From assembly GCF_000372725.1 (NCBI RefSeq), contig NW_005202428.1:1473331-1537330 (forward strand): a stretch of 64,000 bases of DNA, written 5' to 3'. Source of the DNA: Emiliania huxleyi CCMP1516. Its lineage: Eukaryota. The position numbers and the translations under genes are program-made. Of this stretch, positions 53,836 to 64,000 are shown piece by piece. Within the stretch, counting starts at the first letter, position 1. Every line of letters begins with the position of its first letter. The notes under the pieces were generated by a model, which ran no database searches, was not told the DNA's origin, and was given only the letters and a program-made list of their open reading frames with translations.

Positions 53836-56800
53836 CTAGCCCGTGGTGCCGTCTAGTGGCAGCTGCTCGCTGTCGTCCTGGTCATCTTCGGGGAGGCCCA
53901 TGTGCGCCAGCACCCGCTTGATTTGTCTGCCGCACGCCTGGGCAACAGCGCCAGCTGCGTCCTCTGCCACGGCCTGCATCGCTCGTCGGTATGCCGCGAG
54001 GGCTTCTTTGTATGACTGCTGCTCGAGCAGCGAGTCAGCGAGCCGTTGCATTGTCAGCGGCGTGGCATCGACGGCAAGGGCGCGGCGGAAGCACCCCTCG
54101 GCGGCTGCCCACACACCGCCGTCGAAGAAAGCGGCGCCGATGGCGACGAGGAGCTTGCCGTCGGCGAGGTTGAGGCGCGTGGCCTAAAAACAACCAACGG
54201 GGCGGCGTGAGCACCGCGAGGAGTATAAGAGTGATCAGAGTGGGCCTGTCGCCTGCTCAAGCGCCTCCTCTGCCTCGACAGTCCGGTCGCGCCGCTGGCA
54301 GAGCAAGGCGAGCTGCCCCCACACGTCTGGGCGGCGGTTGTCCAGTATGTTGGCCTCGCAGAGGCACTGCTCAGCCTCGTCGTACAGCTCCAGCGCCAGG
54401 CACGCGACTCCCGCACCGAGCCACGAGGTGCAGCTTGGCGAGAGGCGCGAGGCGTGAAGGAAGAGGTGGCGTGCACGCGCAGCGTCGCCCTCGGACTGGC
54501 AGACGGCGCCGAGGTGGAGGAGAAGTGGTGCCGGCAGCGGGGCGCCGCAGAGCGACAGCGCCCGCTCGTAGGTGGCGCGCGCCTCTGCCGCCTTGCCCTG
54601 ACGCAGCTGCGCGTGGCCCAGCAGCGTGAGCGCGGGCGCCGCGCGGGGGCGGGGCGCGGCCTCAGAGGCGGCCAGCAAAACTGTCTCGGCGGGTGCGAGC
54701 TCTCCTCGCTGCAGCAGCATCTCCGCACGGACGAGGTTTGCCGCGAGGGTGTCGGTGCCGCCCGCGCGCTCGAGCGCCTCGTCGATGAGCGGCGACGCGG
54801 CGTACGGGAGCAAACGCTGGGCGAGGGCGAGGTAGTGCGGGCCGGTCTCGCTACCCTCGCCCAGCAATGTCGAGGCCTGCCTGAGCGCGACTCGCGCGTC
54901 GCGCCCCCGCTCCATCCGCTCGTAGACCACCGCCATCAGCAGCCAGAGCTGCGCGTCCTCTGGCGCGGCGTCGAGCGCCGCCCGGAGGAAGGGCTCGGCC
55001 TGCTCGTGGTTGCTGCGACTCGCAAGCGTGACCCCGTGCACGAGCATCGCCTCGGCGTACTCGGGGTCGACGGCGATTGCCTCGCGTGAGCACTCCTCGG
55101 CCTTGGCGCCGCGGCCGGTGCGCAGCAGGAAGGTGCCGTACGCCAGCCAGGCCGCCGCAATAGTGGGGGCTGTCGCGACTCGTTCATGGTGGTAATTGGC
55201 CGCCGCCTCGAGCCGGAACTCTGCCTCCGCCTCAGAGGCGAGCGTTGCGAGGGCGGCTTCGGGGGGCGTTCCGTCAAGCGCGGAGGGCGCCGATGGGGCT
55301 GACGGCGGCACGGCGGGTGGGAAGAACGTGGCGTCGAGCGCGGCGTGCATCCTTCGGAGGAGCGCAACGTACAAGTCGTTGTAAAAGACGCGCTGCTGCG
55401 CCTCGTCGGGCGGTTCGCCCGTCGGACGCGCGGTGCTCTCGCGCGCTAGGCGGACCACCGCCCGCTTGAGCCGCTCCTTGAAGGCGAAGAACTTGCCGCT
55501 CGCGTCCAGCTGGTGGAGCAGCTCCCGCCTGCGCGTCTCCTTCGCCTCTGAGCCGTCGTCGGTGTCGGGAGGCACCTCCGGGAACAAAACCGACCACTCC
55601 GCCGCTAGCTCCTCGACCACGCCCTTGACCTGCGCCTCAAATTCCGCGCCGCTCGTCTTGGGCGCCAGTGCAGGCAGCGTGCGCCTCGGAATCATGTCGC
55701 TCGTCTTGGGCAGCGGCGGTGGCGGTGGAGGTGGCCGCGGGTTGAGCGGCGCTGAGGTTCGCAGGTCGAGGCGGAGCAGCGTCCCCGCCACCTCGTAGGG
55801 GTGAGGAGCTCCCTGGGCGGGGCGAGGAGGCGAGGAGGGGATAAGGTTCGCGGGCTTCGGTCAGCGCACACAGAGCGCGGGACTCAGAATCTTCTCGGAT
55901 GTCACCTCGGCGGGCTCCTCGAGCGGCTCGACGGCCGGGGGAGGCTTGGCGGCCTCGTCGCCCTCGTCAGGCGCATAGGCCAGGTCGTGAGTGATCCTGA
56001 AGCGGCCTTCGCAGGAGGTCGAGCCCACCGCCGCCAGCTTGGCGAGGTCCGGCGTGCAGATGGCGGCGTAGCGGGCGGCATTCGGGTCCGACGCCTTGGC
56101 CGGGTCCTTGAGTAGCCGGAGCACCGAGACGCGAAGGGGAGGCTCGAGCTCGTCAAGCAGTCGCTTCGTCTCCGCCAGCTCTGCCTCCTGCTCGCTGCTC
56201 AGCTGCCTCTTTCCTTCCAGCTCCACCCGCTTCGCCATCGCCTTCTCCCGCTCCGCGACGCCGCTGCGCAGCCGACGGCAAGCCTCGACACCGAGAAAGA
56301 GCGTGGCGGTGGCGCCGCTCCAAGCAATGTGCTGCCCCTCGAGCGCTTCCTTCTCTTCCGTCTCCCTGGCCACCCGCTCCTCCGCCTCGGTCTTGGTGAG
56401 GCCGCCTCCCTCCGCAGTCTGCAGCCACTCGACCCGACCTGCCGCCGCGTCCTCCTCCTCCTTTGCTGGAGACGGCGGCCCGCTCTCGCGGGATTCTGGG
56501 GAGGTATCGGAAGCTGGCGCTTCCTCTTCCTCCTTTGAAGCAGGCGGAACGACGAGACGGCCGCCCTCGAAGCGGAAGGTGGTGTCGGCGACGGCGCAGC
56601 GCACGGTCGCAGTGTACGTGAAGGCGTGGTCGTCCTCGGTCTGCGGTTGTGGTGGTGAGTGAGGTGCGGGCCGGTGAGAGTGGAAGGCGGCGAGGAGTAA
56701 AGGAGGGGATAAGAGCGCCGTCGCGTGTGCGGGCAGCGGCCGGTCAGCGGCCAGCTTTATCACCCCCTTCCCTATCTCGGACCACTCGCCTGCCCTTCCT

Positions 56801-57521
56801 CGAGGCGCCACGCCTCTGGCAGCCGGTGCAGCGCATGCAGGTCAAAAGAGATGCAGGTCGACTCGTCGCGCTCGTCCTCCGTGAGGAGGGCGCGCGCTCG
56901 CGCTGGGGGCTGGTCCTCCGCTACCGCCGCGACCAGCACCGCGGGGCCGTCCTCGCTGTCGCCCAGAGGCAGCCAGGTCTCCTCCAGTGAGGAGCAAGCC
57001 TATGCCAATCGAGGGGTGGATGGTCGGCTCGAGGTCAGCCGCAGAGAGCACGCGGAGAGCCCGGGAGGTCCGGCGGCGCCGCGAAGAGTGCGAAAGAGAG
57101 GTGATATTGACCTTTTCGGAGGGTGTGGAGCGAGCGAGGGTTTGGAGAGCTGGCGAGCTGCACTAGGGAGTTGCACACCAGCATTGGTTCGAGCGGGAGG
57201 CTGCACTCCCCAAGGGACGCGCCGGTCGCGTCGACGAGGCGGACGAGCGCGGGGGTGGTCACGAGTCGCGTCAGGCTCGCGTCGTCCGTCCCGGCTCGCC
57301 ACTCCGCCTCGAGCCCAAAGGCTGGTTCTGCAGACCCCGACACGAGCTCACTCTCCACCGGCTCTGAGCCGGGAAGGGTGAGGACGGCGCGCGACGAGGC
57401 GTCCTCGGCGAGCCCGCGCGCGCCGCGGACGGACACCTGGACGGGTCGGCGCGGGGTCAGCCGGCGCGTGCAACAGTGCGAGCGGTGCAGGGCGAGGCGA
57501 GCGCACGCGAATGGTCCGCAT
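53836..57521 (-). CDS. CFAP70: Cilia- and flagella-associated protein 70 (TTC18), TPR protein, multi-exon
   Basis: RRELLHQLDASGKFFAFKERLKRAVVRLARE, FYNDLYVALLRRMHAAL, AANYHHERV, TPRs, SPSCTSWLGAGVACLALELYDEAEQCLCEANILDN. Confidence 0.88.
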
Positions 57522-57777
57522 GGTGAAGCCGTTACGTTACGCCCGGCGGGATAGGGGACGCGCGTTTTTCAGTACGTCGAGTACGCCGGAGAAAAGGAAA
57601 CGAATGTAAGGTGGTGGCGTTTGCGCTCTGTGAAAATCAAGAAAAAATGCCATCCCGGCGTTTATCTCCGCGGCCCCCCGGGGGCGCCGACCCCCCCCAA
57701 CTTCGCTGCACTATCGCCGACTGTGGCGCTGAATCTGTGGCGCTGAATCACTCCTGCGATAGTTCATTCCTGCGACC

Positions 57778-58429
57778 ATGGCGGCGATCACGGCTGCCAA
57801 CGTGGCGGGCCTCGAAAGGACGTTCTCCTTTCCCGCCAACACCCAAACCGTCTGGGTCCATCTTCACCGAGCCACGCTAAAGCAGGTATGTATGTGAACC
57901 ACGAGCGCGAAGCACTGCCGCTGCTTCACCGTCCCGCACTGATTTTCGCGCACACACGCGAAGTGCCGCCATAGAGGTCCGCCCTCGCGCTAGGCCTTTG
58001 GCGTCGCACTGTCGGGACGTTCAGCGCCGCCAGTCATCGTCAACATCCAGCCTCACGGACTCGCTTCCGCACGGCTGAGGTTGGGCGACCGGATCGAGGT
58101 GATCAATGGCGTCGCCGTCTCGGACGAGAAGGCGGCGAAGCGGATCCTACGCGCCGCCGTCGGCGACGTCGCCATCCGCATCGCACGCCGCCGTGGAGGA
58201 GGTGCATGTTGTGCATACGCGAGACACTTCCGAGACTTGCCGTTTCGTCGCACATCCACGACACTCCCGACAGCCACAGCAAACCGACTCCCACCTCGCG
58301 GGCCACGACTCCTCAGGTGTGACGCCGACCGAGGCCGATGACTGGAGCGTGAGCTCCGCCGGCCCGTGGGGTGGGGACCCACCGGAGCACATCCACACGC
58401 AGTCCGACGAGGAGGCGATCGCTCCGTAG
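57778..58429 (+). CDS. Small PDZ-domain protein, multi-exon; start uncertain
   Basis: AFGVALSGRSAPPVIVNIQPHGLASARLRLGDRIEVINGVAV..AKRILRAAVGDVAIRIAR. Confidence 0.75.
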
Positions 58430-58835
58430 TTACGGCGTGCAGCCTCGCCTGCGTGAGAGAGCTGCGCTGAATGTCGAGAGTTCGTGTTGCTGTTGGTTTA
58501 TGCTCTCTCTGAGCTCTCTCTCCTCTCCTCTGAGCTCTACGGCTGTGGCCTGTGCTCCGTCGCCGGGGCCGCCGGGACTCCCTCGACGGGAGCGAGGCTC
58601 TCCATGTGACCCGTATGTGTGTAGTCTGTAGTGTGAGGAGTGTGTGTGTGTGTGTGTATCGTCGGTTGTACGTGTGACGCGAAGTATGGAGGGCGACGCT
58701 CCAAAACGCAAAAGCGTGTGCAAACATGAAAAACTCGAACTCCCACACCCGACACCCGGCCAGCGCCGCCTCTCGAACACACGGACCCAGCTCGCCCCGG
58801 CATGCCGCGGACACACGCTGCGTTGAGGAAATCGG

Positions 58836-59157
58836 CTAGCCGGTCGCCGCCACCTTCTCGACAATCTCTGCGGGGCGGGGGTGGGGCGGCGACGAGGGTG
58901 AGCGAGCGAACCAGGCCTCGGCGACAGCGGGACAGAAGGGCCCTGCGCGCAGGCACCCCTCCCGCCCTCGCCCGGTGTGGGGGGCGCGCGCCTGGCTTCC
59001 CCTTCTTGCCGCCCTCCCACGCCGTGACCCGCACATGCATCGCCGTGCTCGAGAGAGCCTTCGACTTCCTCGGCTCCTTGAGGCAGTTGGTCACGTGAGT
59101 CGCGCAGAGGTCGGCGTACTTGAGGTACGTCATGCCGACGTGGCGCCAGGTGGACAT
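58836..59157 (-). CDS. ATP15: Mitochondrial F1 ATP synthase subunit epsilon, 2 exons
   Basis: MSTWRHVGMTYLKYADLCATHVTNCLKEP...VTAWEGGKKGKP|EIVEKVATG*. GC-AG intron about 58868-58991. Confidence 0.92.
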
Positions 59158-59841
59158 GGCTGCGGCGCGCCTGTGCGTGACGAGCGGCGGGACGGTAGGG
59201 CGCGTGTGCGCGGGGCCCGTGAACTCTCATGGAGGAGGCCGCGCAGGGAGCGTCTCTGCGCGCGCCGCAAGCGCTGGCTGTAGTGGATGCGACCGACTCG
59301 CCAGGAGAGCGCGTGCGCTGGCAGCCCGCGGTGCGGAACGCAAACGCGAGGGGCTCCGGTCCCACTCCCCCCCCCCATTGGGTCACAACAACGTGTGCAC
59401 ATGCTCTCCCTGCGCCATATCCGCTGAAGCGCGCTCGCGCTGCTCTGGGGCCACGTCCCGAACGCTCATGATCGGAGGGTGTGCGTACGCGCGGGCGTTT
59501 CCAGCCGTGCGGTTGTGGTGGGTGGAGGGAGAAGGAGCGCTGTGGGACTTTGTGCAGCAGCAAAGTGCCTGGCGGCGGCGTCGGCCAGCAAAAAAAGTTG
59601 TTGAGTTGGGGAGTCGTGGTGCGATGGGCTCTCTCCCGCGGGGAGATGTCAGCGCGCTGTCAGCCCTCTGTAGCATCAGGTGCAAAGGAAAGAGTGGGCT
59701 GCATAAATCTATGACCGGTGGGTGACACCCCGGACGGCCGGGGAGCAAGTTTGATGACACGCACGTTCCTCCCGATGGCCTCCCACCGCATCGGCGCGCG
59801 TGTCGCGGGCCTCTCGCCAGCGCAGCTGTGTCGGCATTGAC

Positions 59842-61609
59842 ATGTTGGCCTCCATCCTCTCGCCCACAGCCGCTCCTCCTCCTCCTCCTCCTCCCAACTA
59901 CGCCGTCACCTTCGACTTCTCCACCGCAACGCGCACCACCAACACTGCCGCGACCGTTGAGGTCGACGTGATGCCCTTCCTGGGCCGCACGTCGAGCGGC
60001 GGCCCCTTTGGAGCCTACTGTATGCTGACGCACAGCTCAAACCTTCGATTAGCGAAGTAGGTATCTGCTCCTCACGCCCCGCACATACCGAAAAACAGAC
60101 GAGGCGCTCTCCGGTCTCGGCGCCGAGTTCGTGCGCTTCGCGCCGTGGTTCCCCAACCCGCGCGTCGTCGTGACCGAGCTGACGCCGCCCAACTGCAACG
60201 CCACCCACGCGGCGACCAACTGGGACTCGACGGCCTTCGACGAGGTGATGAGCAACTTCTACTCGGCCGTGTGCGGCCCCGGCGCGGCCGACGGCGCGTG
60301 CGAGCGCTCGGTCGTGCAGCAGCTCTCGACGATGCCGTCGTGGCTCTTTGTCGACGGCTACGACTACACCAAGCTGCCCGCCGACCCGTGGAACACGCCC
60401 GACCCGTTCGACGTCTACACGGCCGGCAGCGCGCTCAAGGACCCGAGCTGCGCGGAGATGGCGCGCTACTTTGCGCGGCTGGCCGGCTGGTACACGGCGG
60501 GCGGCTTCCACGACGAGTGCGGCCACTGGCACGCGTCGAGCCTGCGGTACGCGTGGTACGGGCTGTCGATCCTCAACGAGGACGAGCACCACCTGCAGCC
60601 CGACGGCGGCCCGGCGTACACGACGTGCTACGACGCCGTCAGGGCGGCGGTCGCCAAGGTCAACCCGCAGATCGTTCCCGCCGGCCCCGAATGGGCGGTG
60701 CCGGCGGTCGACGTGCTCGGCTACTTTCTAAACGCGAGCAACCACGCCGACGGCGCGCCGCCGCCGCTCGTGACCTACCACTGGGCCTCGTCGCACGACG
60801 CCGCCACCGCCGAGACCTTCTTCACCGCGTGGGACGGCGCCCTCAAGAACAAAATCGATCCCATCGGCGCGCTGGTGGACCCGGCGAAGACGCAGCTGGG
60901 GCTCAACGAGTTCATCCCGTTTGTGAAGGACTACTTCGACTGCAACGGCGTCCCCGCCGACGTGTGCAGCGAGGCGGCTGACGTCTACAGCGGCTGGATG
61001 GACCCGCGCTTCGCGCAGGGCGACCCGGACTTGCAGCACGCGAAAGGCATCGGCATCAACCGCACGACCGTCTCTTGGAACGCGGCGGCGAGCCTCTTTG
61101 CGTACGCGTTTGGCACGCTGGCGGAGCGCGGCTACCTCTTCGTCGGTCAGGACCAGCTGATTGGCGGCACGTGGCCCGACAACGAGCCTGCTGTGAGCAT
61201 GCTCGACTGGCAGAGCGGCGAGCCCAACGCCAAGTACTGGGTGACGCAGCTGCTGGCGGCGGGCGTCGGCAGCAAGGCGGCCAAGCGGCTCAGCCCCTCC
61301 AACACGAGCGACCCCTCCGCGCTCTACGCCCTCGCCTTCACGGCGACGGCGCCGCCCCACGCGCGCAGCCTGCTGCTCGTCAACAAGCGGCAGGCGCCCG
61401 CGACCGCCGCGCTGACCGGCCTCACGGGCGGAGAGGCCTCGTGCGTCGAGGTGGGCGCGGGGCTGTCGGAGCCGGGCTTCGCGCCCATCGTCGTAAAGCG
61501 GCTGTCGAGCGCGGGGGTGCTGGCCATGGGAGGCTTCGCCACGTGCGTCGTGTCGTCGCTGCAGCTCGATGGAGGGGTTGAGCAGGATGTGGTTGTGGAG
61601 GTTGTGTAG
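59842..61609 (+). CDS. Clan GH-A glycoside hydrolase-like protein (GH39-like), 2 exons
   Basis: ALSGLGAEFVRFAPWFP, SILNEDEH (candidate acid/base NE), LVTYHW, LGLNEFIP (candidate nucleophile), SMLDWQSGEPNAKYW, LLLVNK. Confidence 0.7.
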
Positions 61610-61867
61610 AATCAGAACAACACCTCCCAATCAATCAATTCCCCCGTTTACCCCTTCTCTAACAACACTCCCTGCGACGGTGTATCATTCACTTTATGCC
61701 ACCGTTGCATATCCGTCAGGCGCACACACACACACTACAGCGTACGCTGAAGGTTGATTGAAAAAAAGACCCTGATCTCGGCGGGCGGATGGAAAAGTGC
61801 GACCTGCTTTCCGAGCGAGTCCCGTGCGCAATGCAGGGCGCAGGGCAGCGTCAGGCAGTGAAACTCG

Positions 61868-62845
61868 ATGCGGTACACGGCAGAGAAAAGAAAGGGTGTC
61901 AGGTACTGGCTCCGCAACGGAGGTTACATCAATACGACCTTCGGATATAGTCTTGATTCAAGATCGACGCTCATGATGATCGCAGCCGACAACGGCCACA
62001 ACGATGTCATCAAGGCGCTGCTGGATAAGGGCGCCGACGTCAACCAACAGGACAGCAAGGGCCGGGGCGCTCTGCTGTACGCCGTCGTAAAGGGACAAGA
62101 GGAACGTGGATGGGGAAACGATAGCACGAAATATGAGGACATCGTCACGAGCCTGTTGTTGCAGGGCCGCGCTGACCCGAACATGCAGGATGAGAAGGGC
62201 AACACGCCGCTTATGCACGCTGCCAAGGGCGCCGACGTAAACATGGTGAGGAAACTGCTAAAGCACGGCGCTAAGTATTCCCTCCAGAACTTCCACGGCG
62301 ACACTGCAATGCGACTGGCTGCACAATCCCCAATTCACGCGACGCTCGAATCACACGTCGAGGTGGTCAACATGCTGAATGCAGAGTGGGAAACGCATCA
62401 CGCCCTGGGCACGCCCCCCCGCAGACCCAATTTCAGCCCCCAAGTGAGGCAGCATCAGTCTTCCGAGGCCGGGCCTTCTGGGCCCAACACGCCGCCTGAG
62501 GGAACTCGGGAGAGGCCGAATCCGCCCAGTCCACCGGAGAGCAAGTCGAAGAGGATGAGGACCGGGAAGCCTACGCGACATGACAGCGAGGTGATTTCGC
62601 CGCCACAACAAGATGGCAGACCCACGGCATCTCAGATGGAATACGCGCGGGTCGTCCTCGTCGTCGTAGCTACTCGTAGTTTGGGTCCGCGTCCGGGCTG
62701 GTCGGCCACCCCCCGACGCGAGCCGCAGCAGGCCCGGAGGTGCCCGCCGAGCCGAGGAGGGCGCAGAGCGAATCGGCAACTGCCGTCATCTCATTGGCCA
62801 TGCGCTATCGGTGCGAGGCTCCCCAGGTTTCCTGTGCAGTGTTAA
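61868..62845 (+). CDS. Ankyrin-repeat protein; boundaries uncertain
   Basis: TLMMIAADNGHNDVIKALLDKGADVNQQD, GRADPNMQDEKGNTPLMHAAKGADVNMVRKLLKHGA, GDTAMRLAA. Confidence 0.85.
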   Translation: MRYTAEKRKGVRYWLRNGGYINTTFGYSLDSRSTLMMIAADNGHNDVIKALLDKGADVNQQDSKGRGALLYAVVKGQEERGWGNDSTKYEDIVTSLLLQGRADPNMQDEKGNTPLMHAAKGADVNMVRKLLKHGAKYSLQNFHGDTAMRLAAQSPIHATLESHVEVVNMLNAEWETHHALGTPPRRPNFSPQVRQHQSSEAGPSGPNTPPEGTRERPNPPSPPESKSKRMRTGKPTRHDSEVISPPQQDGRPTASQMEYARVVLVVVATRSLGPRPGWSATPRREPQQARRCPPSRGGRRANRQLPSSHWPCAIGARLPRFPVQC

Positions 62846-62941
62846 TGTGCGCGATTAACCTATATGTATATGTGTCCCGTATCATGTATAATTAATGCCA
62901 ACCCGCCCAAGAAGCAAGATTTTCGGGGCGCCCTCGACACA

Positions 62942-64000
62942 TCACCTCGACCGTACCGCCGCTCGCCCCCGGATCGACTCGTCGGAGCCAAAGTGCTCGA
63001 GCAGCCCCGGCCAGCGGGGCCGCCCCCAGCCGGTCGCCGGGTCCCACCCCTTGGTTGCGGGGAAGCCCGTCGCGCAGGACGTCTTTGTGTTGCCCGTCGC
63101 GACGTCGTCGAACGCCTCGCCGGGAAAGGCCCGCGCCACCTCGTAGATGCGCGGCCCGAGCGGCCCGAGCGGCGGCAAGCCGGCGTTGAGGCGCGCATCG
63201 ATGAGCAGCGAGAAGATGCCCGCAACGGTGGGGGCCGACTCGCTTGTCCCCTCGACGGCGACGGCGGACATGTCTGGGTAGGCGCCTGGGAGGAAGCGTG
63301 CGGCGCGTGCGATGGGAAGCGGTGGGTGCTTCGAAGAGCTGCGGGACTGGCTGACTGATATCTAGATGGCGCATCTAGGGGCTGGCTGCGGTTGCTCGCA
63401 TTGAACGACGCGGCCGGTGGCAAGCCTACGCAAGCAGAGACACGCGGCACTGACGGGCGTGCTGCACCCGGCATGCCCTCTGCGGCCACAGGTGACAGGC
63501 GCCGCACCCGCCGTGCGTGACAGATAGGCGGCCACGGCCGCCTCCTGGTGCTCGGGCCGCCCAAACTGCCAGCTGAACCCTCCGCCGCTCCCCTCCCACG
63601 CCACCGGGCGGCGAGGATCGCCCGCCTCCCACGCGGTGCCCCCCACGCTCGCCATGTACGGCGAAGGGGAGGGGAAGATGGGGAAGCTGAAGGCGCAGCC
63701 GACCTCGTTGAGCACCGACGGCACACGTCCGGCGCCGCGGAACGGGCCAAACGACCAGTGCGAGCCGCCGTCGCCGCTCGAGCCGAGGACGGAGACACCG
63801 CGCAGTCCGAGAGCCATCAGGCCGTGATTGATGCGTGCCACCTGCGCCTCCGACTTGAACATGCAAACCTGCCTCTGCGACTGCAGGAACGCCTCGCACT
63901 CCCCCCGCGACACCTTTCGTGTCTTGGCCGCCTCGGCGCAGAGCAGGTCGCAGGAGTAGGCCGAGAGGCTGCCCAGCGAGAGAGAGAGCACGTGCGGCAC
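62942..64000 (-). CDS. Tripeptidyl-peptidase I / sedolisin (S53) family serine protease, 3' part
   Basis: LGLRGVSVLGSSGDGG, FPSPSPYMASVGGT, SGGGFS, AYPDMSA, GTSESAPTVAG (catalytic Ser), GFPATKGWDPATGWGRP. The 5' end lies beyond the window. Confidence 0.92.

Noticed and set aside
62942..64000. S53 protease as the processing enzyme for the EEKR precursors
   Set aside because: It lies about 10 kb away with unrelated genes between, and sedolisins are not dibasic-site convertases; proximity alone is not evidence.
1..64000. tRNA, rRNA or autonomous transposase/reverse-transcriptase genes
   Set aside because: None recognised by eye; tRNAscan-SE, Rfam and HMM searches would be needed to exclude them.

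Overview
GC-rich, intron-containing eukaryotic DNA with four assembly gaps. Frequent GC-AG introns and 11-nt intronic microsatellites suggest a haptophyte such as Emiliania/Gephyrocapsa huxleyi (inference, not verified). About 20 protein-coding genes can be supported: PAQR/AdipoR-like, PHYHD1-like dioxygenase, a Tudor+MBD-like protein, KLHDC4, F-box-like+RCC1, a WRN-type 3'-5' exonuclease, a GT31 glycosyltransferase, a WW-domain fragment, NUP188, CFAP70, a PDZ protein, mitochondrial ATP synthase epsilon, a clan-A glycoside hydrolase, an ankyrin protein and an S53 peptidase. Several small non-autonomous mobile elements have diagnosable ends: a TTAA piggyBac-like MITE (2 copies), a foldback element with a 9-bp TSD, a GAGCA-TIR element with a 3-bp TSD (2 copies), and 41-50 bp inserts with TSDs. 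The most striking signal is a set of three related, apparently secreted, modular proteins: an inverted pair of near-identical 447-aa genes plus a divergent 192-aa neighbour. They carry repeated PEEKR/RxL motifs and Gly-Arg endings, like prohormone-type peptide precursors. A second notable signal is a group of introns whose 5' end copies the start of the next exon. Exon boundaries were read by eye and are approximate.
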